Below, in pieces: positions 25,818-39,084 of a stretch of 64,000 bases of DNA. Each line of letters starts with the position of its first letter. Positions within the stretch are counted from its first letter, which is position 1. The stretch lies in NCBI GenBank assembly GCA_028023455.1, contig JAQFVV010000005.1:13268001-13332000 (forward strand), read 5' to 3'. The translations under genes were made by a program, and so were the position numbers. The DNA comes from Epiperipatus broadwayi. Taxonomy: Eukaryota > Animalia > Onychophora. Under the pieces are notes generated by a model that did not search any database, was not told where the DNA came from, and saw nothing but the letters and a program-made list of their open reading frames with translations.

Positions 25818-26191
25818 TTCAGCTTTAAAACAATCCATAAGATCTGATTGATGAAAATTTGAAAGATTTTAATGTACATAACTATAAAAATATGATTTTA
25901 GAACAATTAAAATAGTATATTAGCCTTTATTAAAGTTAAAAAACAAAACTTATTTGAAAACTATTATTTGCTTACAAGACATTGATTGAACTTTATCTGA
26001 GGGATCTAAAGAATGGAAATGATCTTTATAATGTAAGTAAACTAAGCAACTGATCCTTTGTAATAATAACCCTCATGAATAGAGAAGTTTTTAATAAAAC
26101 TAACATTTGGGTTCTTGAAAAAATATATTACCATTTCTTTTTATTGCTAATAGAAATAAATGATTATATATTTATTATTTTATTGCAATAA

Positions 26192-28330
26192 GTAAACAAA
26201 ATAATTATTCTTTACGATTAAATTCACTAATTCAACAAGTCATAATTTTGTGCTGATCATATTCTTTCCCTTTTAAAACAGATTCAATAGCTCTAATTCC
26301 ATCTTCATAAGGTATATTAGTATACAATGATGTAATGTCTAATGTCACCAAAAAACATTCACTCAGTAGTATAGATTTGACATTTTCTAAAATAGAAAGA
26401 AAATTGATTGTATCCCTAACATAATAATCAAATGATGGAGAAATATCATGTATAAGACTATCTACATATGCTGACATTTTCTCAGTAGGACATCCAATGC
26501 TTGCTATTATAGATCTACCAGGACAACCAGGTTTATGAATCTTGGGTAGAATGTAAAAGTTACTGGGTTTATTTGAGTTTGGTAATAAAAAATTATATGT
26601 ATCCCTATCAAGTATACCCTGTACTCTCATATATATTATTTACAGAGGCAAGGTACTGCAATGGGAACAAAAATGGCACCAAATTATGCAAACATTTTTA
26701 TGGCTCAATTGGAAAGCTCTATACTTGAGAAGGCTAGCCTTAAACCTCATACTTGGCTGAGATATATAGATAATGTCTTTATGATCTGGCCATACAATGA
26801 AGAAGAACATATATTTTTTGATTATTTAAATAATTTTAATAATATACAATTTTCAATGAATTTTTCTAAAACAGTGGTTCATTTTCTTGATGTTGAGATT
26901 ATTTGCAGTGATGGTATTCTTAGTACTAATATATATAGGAAACCCACTGATAGTCATGCTTACTTACATTTTTATAGTAATATCCCTTAGTCAATTTTTA
27001 AGGATTAAAAGAATTTGCAGTGATCAGGGATTTCTTCAGCAAAATAACAAGGTTTTGTATAATAAATTTATCAATATAAAATATCCTAAAGGACTGTTAG
27101 GTAGGGCAGTGGTAAAATCTTCAGAAGTTGACAGGCAGGAACTTCTATCTAAGAAAAGAAAGAGTCAGTTGATAAATATACCATTGGTTCTTACCTTCAA
27201 TGATGATTTGCCTAATATTAACCAAATATTATGGAGACATTTTAATATATTAAATTCCACAGATTATCTGAGATCTGTTTTTCCCTATCCACCTAAAGTT
27301 GTATATCATAGACATAGGACACTTAGGGATAGACTTGTAAGGACAGTTTTTGGCACTAATTTTGTGTCAGAAAAGGGATGTTTTTCATGTGAGGATAAGA
27401 GATGTCTTACATGCAAACATATTATTGTTACAAAGATGGTTCAGGGAGATACCATTCATGGTTTTAAATGGTATATCCCCAACTATGTCAATTGTAAAAG
27501 TATAAACTTGGTATATTTAATAGAATGTAATAGATGCTTGAGTCATTACATAGGTGAGTCAGCAAACAGTCTACATATTAGAATGACCAACCATAGGTTT
27601 GATATTTTACATAAAAATGAAGATAGACCAGTTTCTAAACATTTCAATTTACCTGATCACTCGATTGATGATTTAAGAGTGGTTATATTGGAAGATAATT
27701 TTTCTTCCATGAGAGAAAGAAAACAGAAGGAGAGTTTTTTTATTTTTAAATTTAAGACATTACATCCTCATGGGATGAATATGAATATAGGTACTATCAC
27801 ATCTTTGAATTACCTGGTTTCCTAGAGATTTGTTTTTTTATTTCCGAAATAATTATTTTATAGGTGGACTAGCACGAAGTAGAATAAATATAAAATATAT
27901 ATAAAAAATATGTATGTGCATAAGATATATATGTATATAGTAAAATACATATAGTAGAATATATATATACAGGTTTTTTTTGATGTGTACATATATAATA
28001 ATATATTTTTATTGTTTTTTGATATATTTTAATATATAATAATAATGTATGTATGATTTTAGTTTTTTAAAATAAGTTTTTTGTGAAATAATTTTTTTAG
28101 TATTTTTGATACAAAGTTTTGTAAATATATATATATATTATACAAAGTTTTTAAAGATTTTTAGCCTATAGGAATTAGTTTTGTTATCTGATACGTAACT
28201 GTCTGTAATATTTTAGTGCTTAATTTCTGTAAGTAGCCATTTTGCTTTCTGATGAAAACCAGTCTGCTGGTTGAAATATTAAAGCAGTTTTATAGGAGTA
28301 ATTCTGTGTTTTTATTATATATATATAATT
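26192..28330 (+). mobile_element. Penelope-like retroelement (RT + Cys-rich linker + GIY-YIG; Neptune-like), 5'-truncated and 5'-inverted
   Basis: Minus 26192-26630: PKIHK, LDITSLYTNIP, KNNYF; plus 26634-27825: QGTAMGTKMAPNYANIFM, YIDN (from YIDD), CEDKRCLTC, VYLIECNRC..YIGES..R...HR, HPHGMN; one frameshift. Confidence 0.93.
28244..28285 (+). ncRNA. Hammerhead ribozyme motif in the PLE 3' terminal region, family D
   Basis: GCUUU CUGAUGA A AACCAG UCUG CUGGUU GAAA UAUU AAAGC; helix I GCUUU/AAAGC, 6-bp helix II. Confidence 0.75.
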
Positions 28331-28379
28331 CCATTGGTCAAAATTTGACTAAATTCCAATTATAAGCACTTTTAGTGTT

Positions 28380-29380
28380 TAATATCATTCTCCAATATTT
28401 TATTGATTTCAAGGATAGTTTATATACATGATAAAGTTTATATTTATTTTTAGATTTAAGTAACAATAACTACTGAATAGCTAATTGCAGAGCAAATTCT
28501 TTCTAACATTCTTCTCCAGATCAGTGAAAATGTTTTCTTAGGTGGTGAGGATTTAAAGAATATAACCTTTACCCAAAAAATAGATATATTTTATTAACTA
28601 TTGTCGAATTGGTATGGATTTATTAGCTATACTTAAACAGAAAGTCTGATAAAACTTTATGAACTTAGGATTAAAAAAAATCAAAAGTTAATAAGTTTCT
28701 GTAGAGAAAATCATACAATATTAATAAGCTCAGTTCAAAATTTTTCAAGATTTTATACATGGAAAAGATTGTTTCAATTGGCAATTTAAAAAAATTGATG
28801 TACAATGAATATTAAGAATTATATATGCTGATTTAGATCTAATAAAGATTACTATTATACTTTGCTAATGATGGAATTATCAACCTTTTAAAAGAATCAA
28901 GTTAAAACAAGAAAGAAATGTAAAATTAAATAGGAATATTAATAAATAATTTTCAGACTTATTGGATATGAAATAAGCATAAATATAAGTATATGAATTG
29001 ATTAATTCAAATAAAGATGTATTTAAGAAAAATTTCCAAAATGTTATGACAAAACACAATAAATAATGAAAAAAACAAAAATTAACAAGATTGGGGAAAA
29101 ACATGAATTCTGTAAATATGTAAAGTGTTTAATAATGACCTAAGATGTCAGAAGATAATGTTAAGAAGAAAAGGATTATAAAGAAATAGAATCACATTAT
29201 ACATAAAAGTTCATGTTTCCAATCCATTTTTATGGTTTTCAGATTAAAAAGTGATCATTTAATAACTGGTAAAAATGAGTGTTGAATATTAAATATTGCT
29301 GCAAGATAAAGATAAAAGTCTAAATAAACCATTAGAATAAGAAATTCTCTAACAACTTCTTTTAGAAAAATAATGTTAGT
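28380..29380 (+). repeat. About 1-kb diverged direct duplicate of 51160-52150
   Basis: Collinear blocks, e.g. ttattgatttcaaggatag..tttagatttaag, gattaaaaagtgatcatttaataa, ctattataattgtca. Confidence 0.8.
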
Positions 29381-30800
29381 TCTATTATAATTGTCAGATG
29401 GTGGTGTTTCCATTGTTATTTTACTCTCCAGCTAAGAACAACTATGACAAATATCTTAGTTGATCAAATTCAGTATATACTACAGATCATAAAACATTAT
29501 ATTTTTTTGCAATCCTGCTTTTGATAACTTATATTATTAAGTAAATAATATGTAAATTTATAAGCCACAGGAAAAGTTACATACCGATTTATATTTTTTT
29601 ATTTTACTAATGTGAATAAAGGTATAGCTACTGCTAGTGGATTATAAAAGTTACAAAAAAAAATACTATACGTGAAATAGATGAATAAGAAAATGTGCTG
29701 AAGTATTTAGAGAAAAAAGGCTATAGATCAAACAAAGTGGATTAAACTTGCAAAATGGCTGTCTTGGGAAATCATATTAATAATTCAAGTTATCTTTCCA
29801 AAATATTCAGGTAGAGTGCTGATCAGATCATGGGAGAATATGACATGCTTATTAAATCATGACTATTGTTTCTAAGAAGCATGAAAAGGCAGTTTCTTTA
29901 TTACACTTCTTCTGAAAACACTATAAATTCAGATTGTAACAAAATATTTGACATACATTTTCAATCAGGGTATTCCTTATGTTTATGACATCACTGTCTA
30001 TGTGATGCTCATGACAGATTATTGTAGAAGATACTGAAATATGGATAGAATTTGATCTCTGTGCTGTTCTATAATTTTTCACCTATAATATTGCTTTTGT
30101 TTAGTTGTTTCCAGAAAATTTCAGTGACCCATATTTAATTAATATGATCTTCATCTTTTCAAAAATTGTGATATATTTCAATATTTTGATAAGCTGAAAT
30201 CTCTTGATTTAGTTCAACATTTTCAATTGTTCTACAACAGTAGTGTTCTTGAAGATATGAATAAATGTTTTGTAAAATTGTATTAGATTTATATGATTTA
30301 CATTTTAATTTTTTATATGCCAAATTGACTTCAGCAAATGTTGAGTTTGTGTGATTTTTTTTTTCAAAATATGTAAATTTTGATATAGTGTTATGACTTA
30401 TGTATGCGAATTAAAGTGTAACATTTGTGCATCAGTATTTGATTTTAATGCAAATAACATAAATTTCAAATAAAACATCTCCATATAAATTGTTAAAGGC
30501 AACTAATTAGCATTTATAACTAATTATCTGACAATAACCTTGATCCATATTAAATTCAAGGTTTTTGTTTTTTTGCATGAAGCTGGTGTCAATTTTCTGT
30601 TTTAATACTTTTTGCTATCTCTTTAAGAATATTTCATTTGTGAAAAAAAAAAAAATTACATTGAATTTCACTTTTTCATATGATGTAAAAATATATAGTA
30701 TTGCTTTTACAAGATGTTTTTGATATTTTTTTCCAATTCATATTTTTATAAAGGAAAGTATTTTTTTGAAAGAAAAGTTTTTAATATATTTTTTTACATA

Positions 30801-30997
30801 AACAGAGCAAAACTCTCCATACAGTATTGCCACCTGTGCTAAACAGAGTAATCAATGGATGCCAGAAGGCTTGTGCATAAAATCCCTATCTAATGCCTAC
30901 TCATCCAATATCCCCAGACTAGTTTCTGGCTTGTGGCCTTCGTCAGTGAGGAGCTTTGGATCTGAGAGCACTGCATCTAGAATGTGATCATGTGATG
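30801..30997 (-). mobile_element. Family-A element with about 12-bp TSD and an intact hammerhead at 30911-30953
   Basis: TTTTTTTACATA on both sides; RC CUCCUCA CUGACGA AGGCCACAAGCCA GAAA CUAG UC|UGGGGA. Confidence 0.85.
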
Positions 30998-31255
30998 TTT
31001 TTTTACATAGCTGAACATTTGAAATTCACCACAAACTAATTTCGAATTTGTTTAATCTATTTCAATTACATAATATTTTTTTCACTCTGTATAGCTTCTC
31101 TTTCAAGTGCTTCACACACTTTTAATTTTATATATTATAATTCTTTAGTGTTATAGCAAAGATAAGGAATTCATTTACTGATAAGTAATATGATACATGA
31201 TAAAGTATGCCTAAAATGATAATGATATGCTAATTGCTCATTTTCTTTTGTTTAG

Positions 31256-32664
31256 ATTGGGAGAAAATATCTAGAAAACTTCAATTGTAAAAGTCTTCAG
31301 TTATGATTACTACTATTGTATTTATAGCAGAAGTTCAAAATACACGAGAATATTTTGTAAGGAATAGAAATTGCTATTTGTTGCCTGGATTGAAAAGTGG
31401 TGGATAAATTACTTTTTTAATGCAAAATAAATTCTATTTATTTTAGATTTTTTATATAATTTTAAATTCTCTTTTCTGTTTTAAAATAAAAAAAAGAGAA
31501 TTTAAAATCATATGGAATCAATCATTCAAGGCAAAAAAACATTTTCAGTGTTTCTTGTGAGATTACAAAATTGCTTGGAATTAGTTTTAAAAAGACATGA
31601 AAGATTTCGTATTGGGCAAAAACTTTTCCTGTCCTTTTTATGTAACTACAAAGCTAATGCAAAGATAATTTAAAAATACATGAAATAATTCAAATAAGAA
31701 AAAAAAGTTTTGCAGTGCACATTGTATAATTGCACTACAACTAAAAAACAACTACTTTAAAGTTACAAGAAAGCAAATCTTCCCGGTGTAGTATCTGTTA
31801 TTACAAAACTGCTTTATATGAATTAAGAATAAGTGAAAATGAATTGTACTGGAAAGAAACCTTTTTAATATAGCTTGTGAATTTACATAAGTCCTTGGAA
31901 ACAATGATTAAAAATAAATGAAACAAATCATGCTAAAGAAAAATCTTTCCTTCATAACTTGTGCAATTGCAACTGTTATAAAAATACATGAAAATAGACA
32001 CAGATCAAACATTTTTCATTGCATCTTGTGCAGTTACAATGCAACTGTAAAATATAATTTAACAATATATGAAAGAATTCATAGTGGAGAAAAACTTTTT
32101 CACTGCATATAATTTCAAGACAAAAAATAATAATTTTAAATTACATGAATTAACTCATAGGAAAAAAAATCTCCCCAATGCATCTTGTGTGATTTGTAGA
32201 CGCATAGAAAAGGACATTTAAAATTATAAGACACAACTCACACCAAAGTGACATCTTTTCAATGCCCCATGTGTAATTACAAAACAACTATAAGAAGTTA
32301 TATAAAATAAATCATATTACAAGAAAACCTTTGTAATGCAGTATATGTAATTATACAGCTGTTCAAACGATTGTAAGGACATAGAAAAAAAAACTACATT
32401 TAAATGAAGATACTCAATTGCAATTTATATAATTATAAAATTATGTTTGAAGGATAGTTTCACAAAACCTAAAAATAATATTTATATGACTCATTTTTCA
32501 CTGCAGTTAGATCACAATAGAACGAAGTCTGTGAAGACTCAGGTGAATACTGAAATGCTTAAATATTGATTGCATCATTATGAAGCTTCTGAGAAAAAAT
32601 TTGGATTGTTATGAAGCAAATCATTTCACTGATAGTGACAATATTGAGATTCTTATTCTGTTAA
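31256..32664 (+). pseudogene. C2H2 zinc-finger array gene copy B, most decayed
   Basis: Fragments such as FHCILCSYNATVKYNLTIYERIHSGEKLFHCI; same acceptor context and C-terminal EANHFTD tail as copies A and C. Confidence 0.8.
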
Positions 32665-33989
32665 TTCAGTTTTGGAAAGAATCTTTATAAAATCTGAATA
32701 ATGAAAATTTGTAAGATTTTAATTCATGTTAATTTTAAATGTGATCTTAAAATAACTTTTTTTATCATAATGATACTAAAATTACTACATTTCTATTAAA
32801 AACAAAAACATTTTATTTAAAAAGTATATTATATTTATAAGACATTCACTGGAATTTATCTGAAAGATTTAAACAATTAATTTCAGAATATAATTTTAAA
32901 CCAAATCAGATGGAAGTGAAAAGGGAGCAAGAAATTCATTAATTATAACCCTGGGGAGAGTAGTTTTTAATTGAGCATAATTAGATTCACTATGTTTTAA
33001 AGAATATTCTTGAGGCTACAGCCTTAGTAAATATTACTATCAGTATATTGTAATAAATATAGAGATAATCAAAAAGTTCCTATGCAGAAATACTATTAAT
33101 GAAAACAAACTTTTTTTTAGCTTAATAGAAAAAAACATAGGTTGTAGCATATTTATTTGTCATTATGATGATGGGCTTTGGATTTTGAGAAGCAAATATT
33201 CACAGACATTTTCAAAGACGAGTAGATAGTTGTAATTTTTCAATAATTTTTCCCTAACAATAGAGTTTATTTAAGATGTGTTGTAAAATTCACTCTTAGG
33301 GAGTAAATTTGTTTGTTTGTTTTTTATCTTTTAATAAGAAACAAGTTCAGTAAATATTCTACTCCAAAAATATTTAAAAAAAAACAACTACTGGCATAAT
33401 AAGTTCTGCTGAGGAATATATATCTTCATAAATAACAAACCGAATATCTATACTTCAAAAATGCAAATATAATTCAAGAATTTTCTTGTAAGAGGAATTT
33501 ATTATAACCATTCTTTTTATTAATATAACAAGCATAAACAAAATCCACAATAGCTAATATCAATAAAATACAACTAAGTTTGAATAATCTATATAACATC
33601 AAACACACATAAAAACTTACAAAATATTTAATTCCACATCTTCACAAATTTAATTACTGATTGTCATAACAATATTAATAAGACTTAGAAACATTGGTTT
33701 ATTTAGACATTCAAATATATCAAACACTAAGATTTATTTTCATACTCTTCGAGAATGCTTCATTTTATTATATTTTGATTTCCTAATTCAAATAGTAAAA
33801 AATTGATTAAAATTTTTAAATTAATGGCACATTAATAAAATAATTCAAAATGAATGACTATCAATTGCTAATATTTAACAAAAATTGTAAACCAGTGGTT
33901 TCATTTCCTTACTTCTGGGAATTCAAATCATACTAAAAAAGTATTACTATAATAATATGATAAATAGAAAATATCAAAAATAGAATATA

Positions 33990-34187
33990 GTGAATATTGA
34001 GTTACTGTAAACTCTGGCAAACATACTCAAAAACATGTATTGAATGTTCAAAATACCAGCAACATTTCATTCTTTCTCCATTGGGATTTTAGATTATATA
34101 TATATAAAATGATAAGTGAAACTGAATAGAACCAAATGGTGCAGTTCCCTAAAAATCCCAGATGTAAATTTCTCCTATCTGGTCACA
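33990..34187 (-). pseudogene. Disrupted WD40-like exon fragment
   Basis: After tactacag|, RC reads CDQIGEIYIWDF*GTAPFGSIQFHLSFYIYNLK. Confidence 0.3.
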
Positions 34188-35379
34188 TCTGTAGTAAAAA
34201 AAATACAGCACTCTGAAAAAGTATTAATAATTATTTATATTTAACAATGAACTTTCTCTGATCCAATTAAATATATGTTAAATATTTACATTTTATGAAA
34301 TAGTTAGCATGAACTTATTTTAATGTGGGGAGAGGGATAGAACTTTATTTTACAAATAAATTATAGTTTTTGTTAAAATACATAAATTTAACTTTTTTTT
34401 AAAATTTCTTTAAATGAAATGTTCTAATCTTTAGATAATATATCAGAATGTGGTTGAAAGTTAGAAAACGGTTAAGATATTTGAATCTTTCAGCATTTTT
34501 TTTTTTTGTTTTTGGAAAAAAATAATTTGAAAGCACTGATAATAGATTATTATTGCATTTTATTTCTTTATTCCTTTGCCAATTAAAAATAGAATTCAGA
34601 AATATATGTCTACCCTAAGATGTAATCCACTAAATTGGAGGAATTTTAAATCCTATATATGTGTTTGGTATCATTCTTTCTAATTTTATTCAACTTTAAT
34701 ACAATATTGTTGGAATTCCAAAAACTTCTACTTATAATATGGAAAGAAGTGTTAGAAATATTTTTTCATATGTTCTGCTGAAAGGGTGTGGATAAGTATT
34801 GAACCTAAGGGAATTGGATGCCAAATGCGACAGGGGAAATTGTGCCCTCCTATTATTAACTATAAATAAATAATAAAATAAGCATCAATAATACATGAAA
34901 TGTTGCTTAAATTATGTCAATCCCTTTTCTTTCTGTTTCAGGGCTAAATTAAACTGAAACTAATTTCATGATGGTGAAACATTTCAAAATATTTTCAATA
35001 CAATTCCAAACTATTAATCTACTAAAAATTCATTTGACTAAGTCATAATTATTGATACAATCAAGTAGAGAAATCCCAAATTTTATAAGCAAGTGGAGAA
35101 TTTAGGTAGGATAAATAATTTAATAAATATATTAATTTCATAATTATTGTGAGCCCGCCAATTCATTTTCATAAATACTGGAAATGGTGAGAAAAATTCA
35201 ATAAACAATCAACAATTCCGACATTGATTATGAAATGAATCAAAAATGTAACATAAAAAAATATTTATAACAAAATTTAATTAAGAAAAATGGAGTAGAG
35301 ACTTCTGTTTCTTCTTTTAGAATTAACTTTAATACCTATCAGGAGAGATGAAGTTTAAACACAAGTATATAAAACAGGT

Positions 35380-35640
35380 CTGCAGAAAAGAGTTTGCCAT
35401 TAACTGAAAGGAGACCATTTGATTCCTCTTGGAGGCTTTAAAAGAACTGAGCAGGGCAAATTCCTAATGTCCACTCCAAATGTTTTTGTCATTGCAGCTG
35501 TTATTACTATGTGATTATTCATATAGCATACGAACATGGATGAGCTGCTCACCAACACGCATTAGCCAGCATGGCGAGTATATTGGCTTTTTACCTCTGA
35601 GTTTAAGATCAAGAAACATCATGGTCTTTCTTCTCAGTGC
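35380..35640 (-). pseudogene. Disrupted WD40-repeat exon (PEX7/RBBP4-like spacing)
   Basis: After tttatcag|, mosaic of frames gives KTMMFLDLK..KKPI, CYMNNHIVITA(A)-NDKNIWS-DIRNL, RGIKWSPF; needs frameshifts. Confidence 0.45.
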
Positions 35641-35719
35641 CTGATAAAGCAGAATGAAAGTTTGTGTAAATGATAAATATTTTTTCAATATATACAATTA
35701 TGAAAGACAAAAATAAATC

Positions 35720-38244
35720 ATGGCCCTTATTTCCAGGAGGCTGTAAAGTCAAACCAAAGCAGCAGTTGGTGGCCGAAGGCAGAGGGTGCTAAGAATCCCC
35801 TGCCTGCGGACCCAGAATGCCATTTGATGACGACTTTTTATTTAGGTACTTATAACTGCAGATCACTTTCAAGTGAAGGAAGATTGCAAGAAATAGAACA
35901 ACTGTCTTATATTAAATGGGACATTATTGGACTTTGTGAAAAAAAGGTGAAGAGACAATTGATTTAAAAAATGGACATGTACTCTATTATAAAGGTATAA
36001 ATATTGGAAATACAAGTGGAGTAGAATTCATTATAAATAAAAAGTGGAAGAACAACATTGTGGAGATTGATGGTGTATTGGACGGAGTGGCAAGATTAGT
36101 TATACAACTTAATAGCAGATACGAAATGCAGATAATTCAGGTTTATGCATCAACAAATTCTTATAGTAATGAAGAAGTAGATTTTTATATGGATGTACAA
36201 AAGGCTTTTGATGAGAGTAAACAACATTTTAAAATTGTTATGGGAGACTTTAATGTTAGAATTGATAAACAAATGAAAGATGAAAGTGCTGGACGTGATA
36301 ATAGAAAAGAGAGAGGACATAGACTTGTGGAGTGTGCAGAAAAAGAAAAACTTTATATTATGAACTCCTTTTTTGAGAAAAATGTTAAAAGGAAACGGAA
36401 CATGGAAGCATCCAAATGAAAATACAGCAGAATTGGATTATATTTTGACTAACAGAAAATACATTTCAAGATTGTAATGTTCTTAATAAATATAACACAG
36501 GAAGTGGTCATTGATTAGTAAGATGTAAATGCGTGTTAATGCAAAACTAGAGAGACAAAAGTTATTAAGAAAAAAAATATTTACAGTTGATATTCCTAAT
36601 CTTCAGAAAGATTCTAATGAATTTAAATTAGAACTTACAAATCGGTTTCAAGTATTAGTAAATTTTGAACATGATTCAGATTTGAATGAAATTAATATGA
36701 AAATAAAAAGACTTTTATCAAGAATTATATAGCAATAAAGAACAAATACCTCCTATATCTATTACATCTTCCGAATTGCCCAGAATTTTAAATGAAGGAA
36801 ACATGCAATGAAATGTATGAAGAAAGGAAAGGCTTCAGGTAATGATGGAATTATAATTGATATATTAAAAGCAGGTGAATAAATAGAAAAAAATTTGAGC
36901 AAAATTATATACCAAATGTCTAAATGATAAAGATGTACCAGATGATTGGAAAAATGCAGTATTAATATTAATATTTAAGAAAGATGATAATGAAGATATT
37001 AGAAATTACAGACCTATCAGCCTTTTATCAGTTTTATACAATATTTTTACCAAGATAATTACAACTTGTCTACAGAGAACATTGGATTTTCACCAACCAA
37101 GAGAACAAGCTGGATTTAAAAGTGGTTTTAGTACAGTAGATCATATTCAGGTATTGAGAGAAGTTATCGAAAGGACAAATGAATAAGAATTGCCATTATG
37201 CTTTAGATTTGTACATTATGAAATGGCATTTGATTCTATAAACATTTCTTCAGTGATTAAAGCATTGGATCATCAAGGTATAGATCCAGGATATTGTCAT
37301 ATTTTAAAGAACATTTATAAAAATGCAACAACGACAATTAGATTACATAATGATACTAGGAAAGTCAACATTGAGGAGGGTGTAAGACAAGATGACTCCA
37401 TATCCCAAAACTTTTTACAGCAGTGCTGCAAGAAATATTTTGTGGATTAAAATGGGAAGCTAAAGGAGTGAAAGTAAATGGAAATTATTTAAGTCATTTA
37501 GATTTTGCAGATGATGTAATTGTTTTTTTTTTTTTTTCAAATAATGCTTTAGAGCTGCAGAAAATGTTGCAGGATTTATCAGATGAAAGTAGGACTAAAG
37601 ATGAATGTTAAAAAGACTCAAGTAATGTTTAATGGATTTTCTCAAAATATGAAAATAAAGATTGATTATGCAAATAACTTGGTCAGATTATTAATACAGA
37701 TGGAAACACAATGGATGAAATTAATCATAGAATTAAACTTGGTTGGAGTGCTTTTGGTAGAAATAACTTGATACTAAAAGGAAATATGCCTATATGTTTG
37801 AAAAAAAAAAAGGTTTTTAATAAATGTGTTTTACTAGTTCTTACTTATGGATCTGAGACTTGGACACTTAATAAAAGACCAATACAGAGACTTCAGACCA
37901 CTCAAAAAAGTATGGAGAGATGCATGTTGGGATTAACAAGAAGAGATTGAAAATGCAATATATGGGTAAGAGAACAAACAGGTGTTACTGACCTCATTGA
38001 AAAAATTAAAAGACTGAAGTTGAGTTGGGCTGGACATATTGCTAGAAGGGATGATAATAGATGGACAATTGAAATCTTAACGGGATTCCAAGAGATTGTA
38101 AAAGACCCAGAAAGAGACCACATGTGAGATGGATGGATGAAATAAGAAAGTGTGCAGGGATGAGAATAGAAGCTAAAGATTGGAGATGGTTTGAACTTGG
38201 AGAGACCTTCATCCTGCAGTGGATTGATAATGGTTGATGATGAT
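35720..38244 (+). mobile_element. Near-full-length RTE-clade LINE (APE endonuclease + RT), internally deleted, defective
   Basis: GTYNCRSL, IIQVYAST, IVMGDFN, ELDYIL; NYRPISLLS, QAGFKSGFSTVDHI, GVRQDD, DFADD, TYGSETWT, WAGHI; (TGA)n tail. Confidence 0.93.
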
Positions 38245-39084
38245 ATAAAATAGAGAAAAATAAATTTATGATAGACACTACAATTTTTTTAATGAAATTA
38301 ACTTCTCTCAAGTATAAATAAAATGTAAGTAATTATATAACGAAATGAAATTTATAATGAAAATTATACATCGTTTTATGTTTGTCAGTATTCTTAAGAG
38401 AGATCAATGATTATTATAAATTTTAAAAGCACAACTATAAAAATACTGAAATTAAAGTTATAATCAAATACAAAATGGTGCTTAAAGAATAAAATAGATG
38501 TAAGCAATTTATAATTAAAAAATTGGAAATAAAACTATAAAGAAATATTTAACTTGCGCTTTACGCAAAAAAGTGAAGCTTGTCTCAATTTTCTTACAAG
38601 TTATATGGCTAAGCGCTTTCAGAGACCTTGAGTCTCCATAATCATAGCCTACTGTTAACTGAAGTTTAGCTGTGGTTTATGTAAAATTTATGCAAATTTT
38701 ATAAAGACCATTTTCTGAAGTAGAAAACTAGTATTTTACAAACAAATATGTAAATTTTTAAAAATAATCTATTAAAAAGAATTAAATATTTAAAGTTTTG
38801 CAAAATATATGAAAAAGATTTCATGATGATACAAGAAAATTGTGAGTGCAAAGGAAAGCTGTAGACAGGAATAAAACCCTCAAATATGTAAAACAACATT
38901 TTTGTATTGGAAGGAGAATTGTTTTAGTAATAAGATGGAATTATTATTAAAAACAGATGACATCATGTATGTGAGCAAGAGTTCGACACGACAAATAATT
39001 ATATAATGATAAAGAACAAGAATAAAGTATCCCCTACAATTATTACATATTCTAAATTGCAAACATTTTAAATGAAGTAAAACT

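Noticed and set aside
35765-35805. GC-rich hairpin in the RTE 5' region (GGCAGAGGG..CCCCTGCC, GCTAAG) as an HDV-like ribozyme
   Set aside because: RTEs can carry HDV-like ribozymes, but I could not find the nested P1/P3/L3 double pseudoknot
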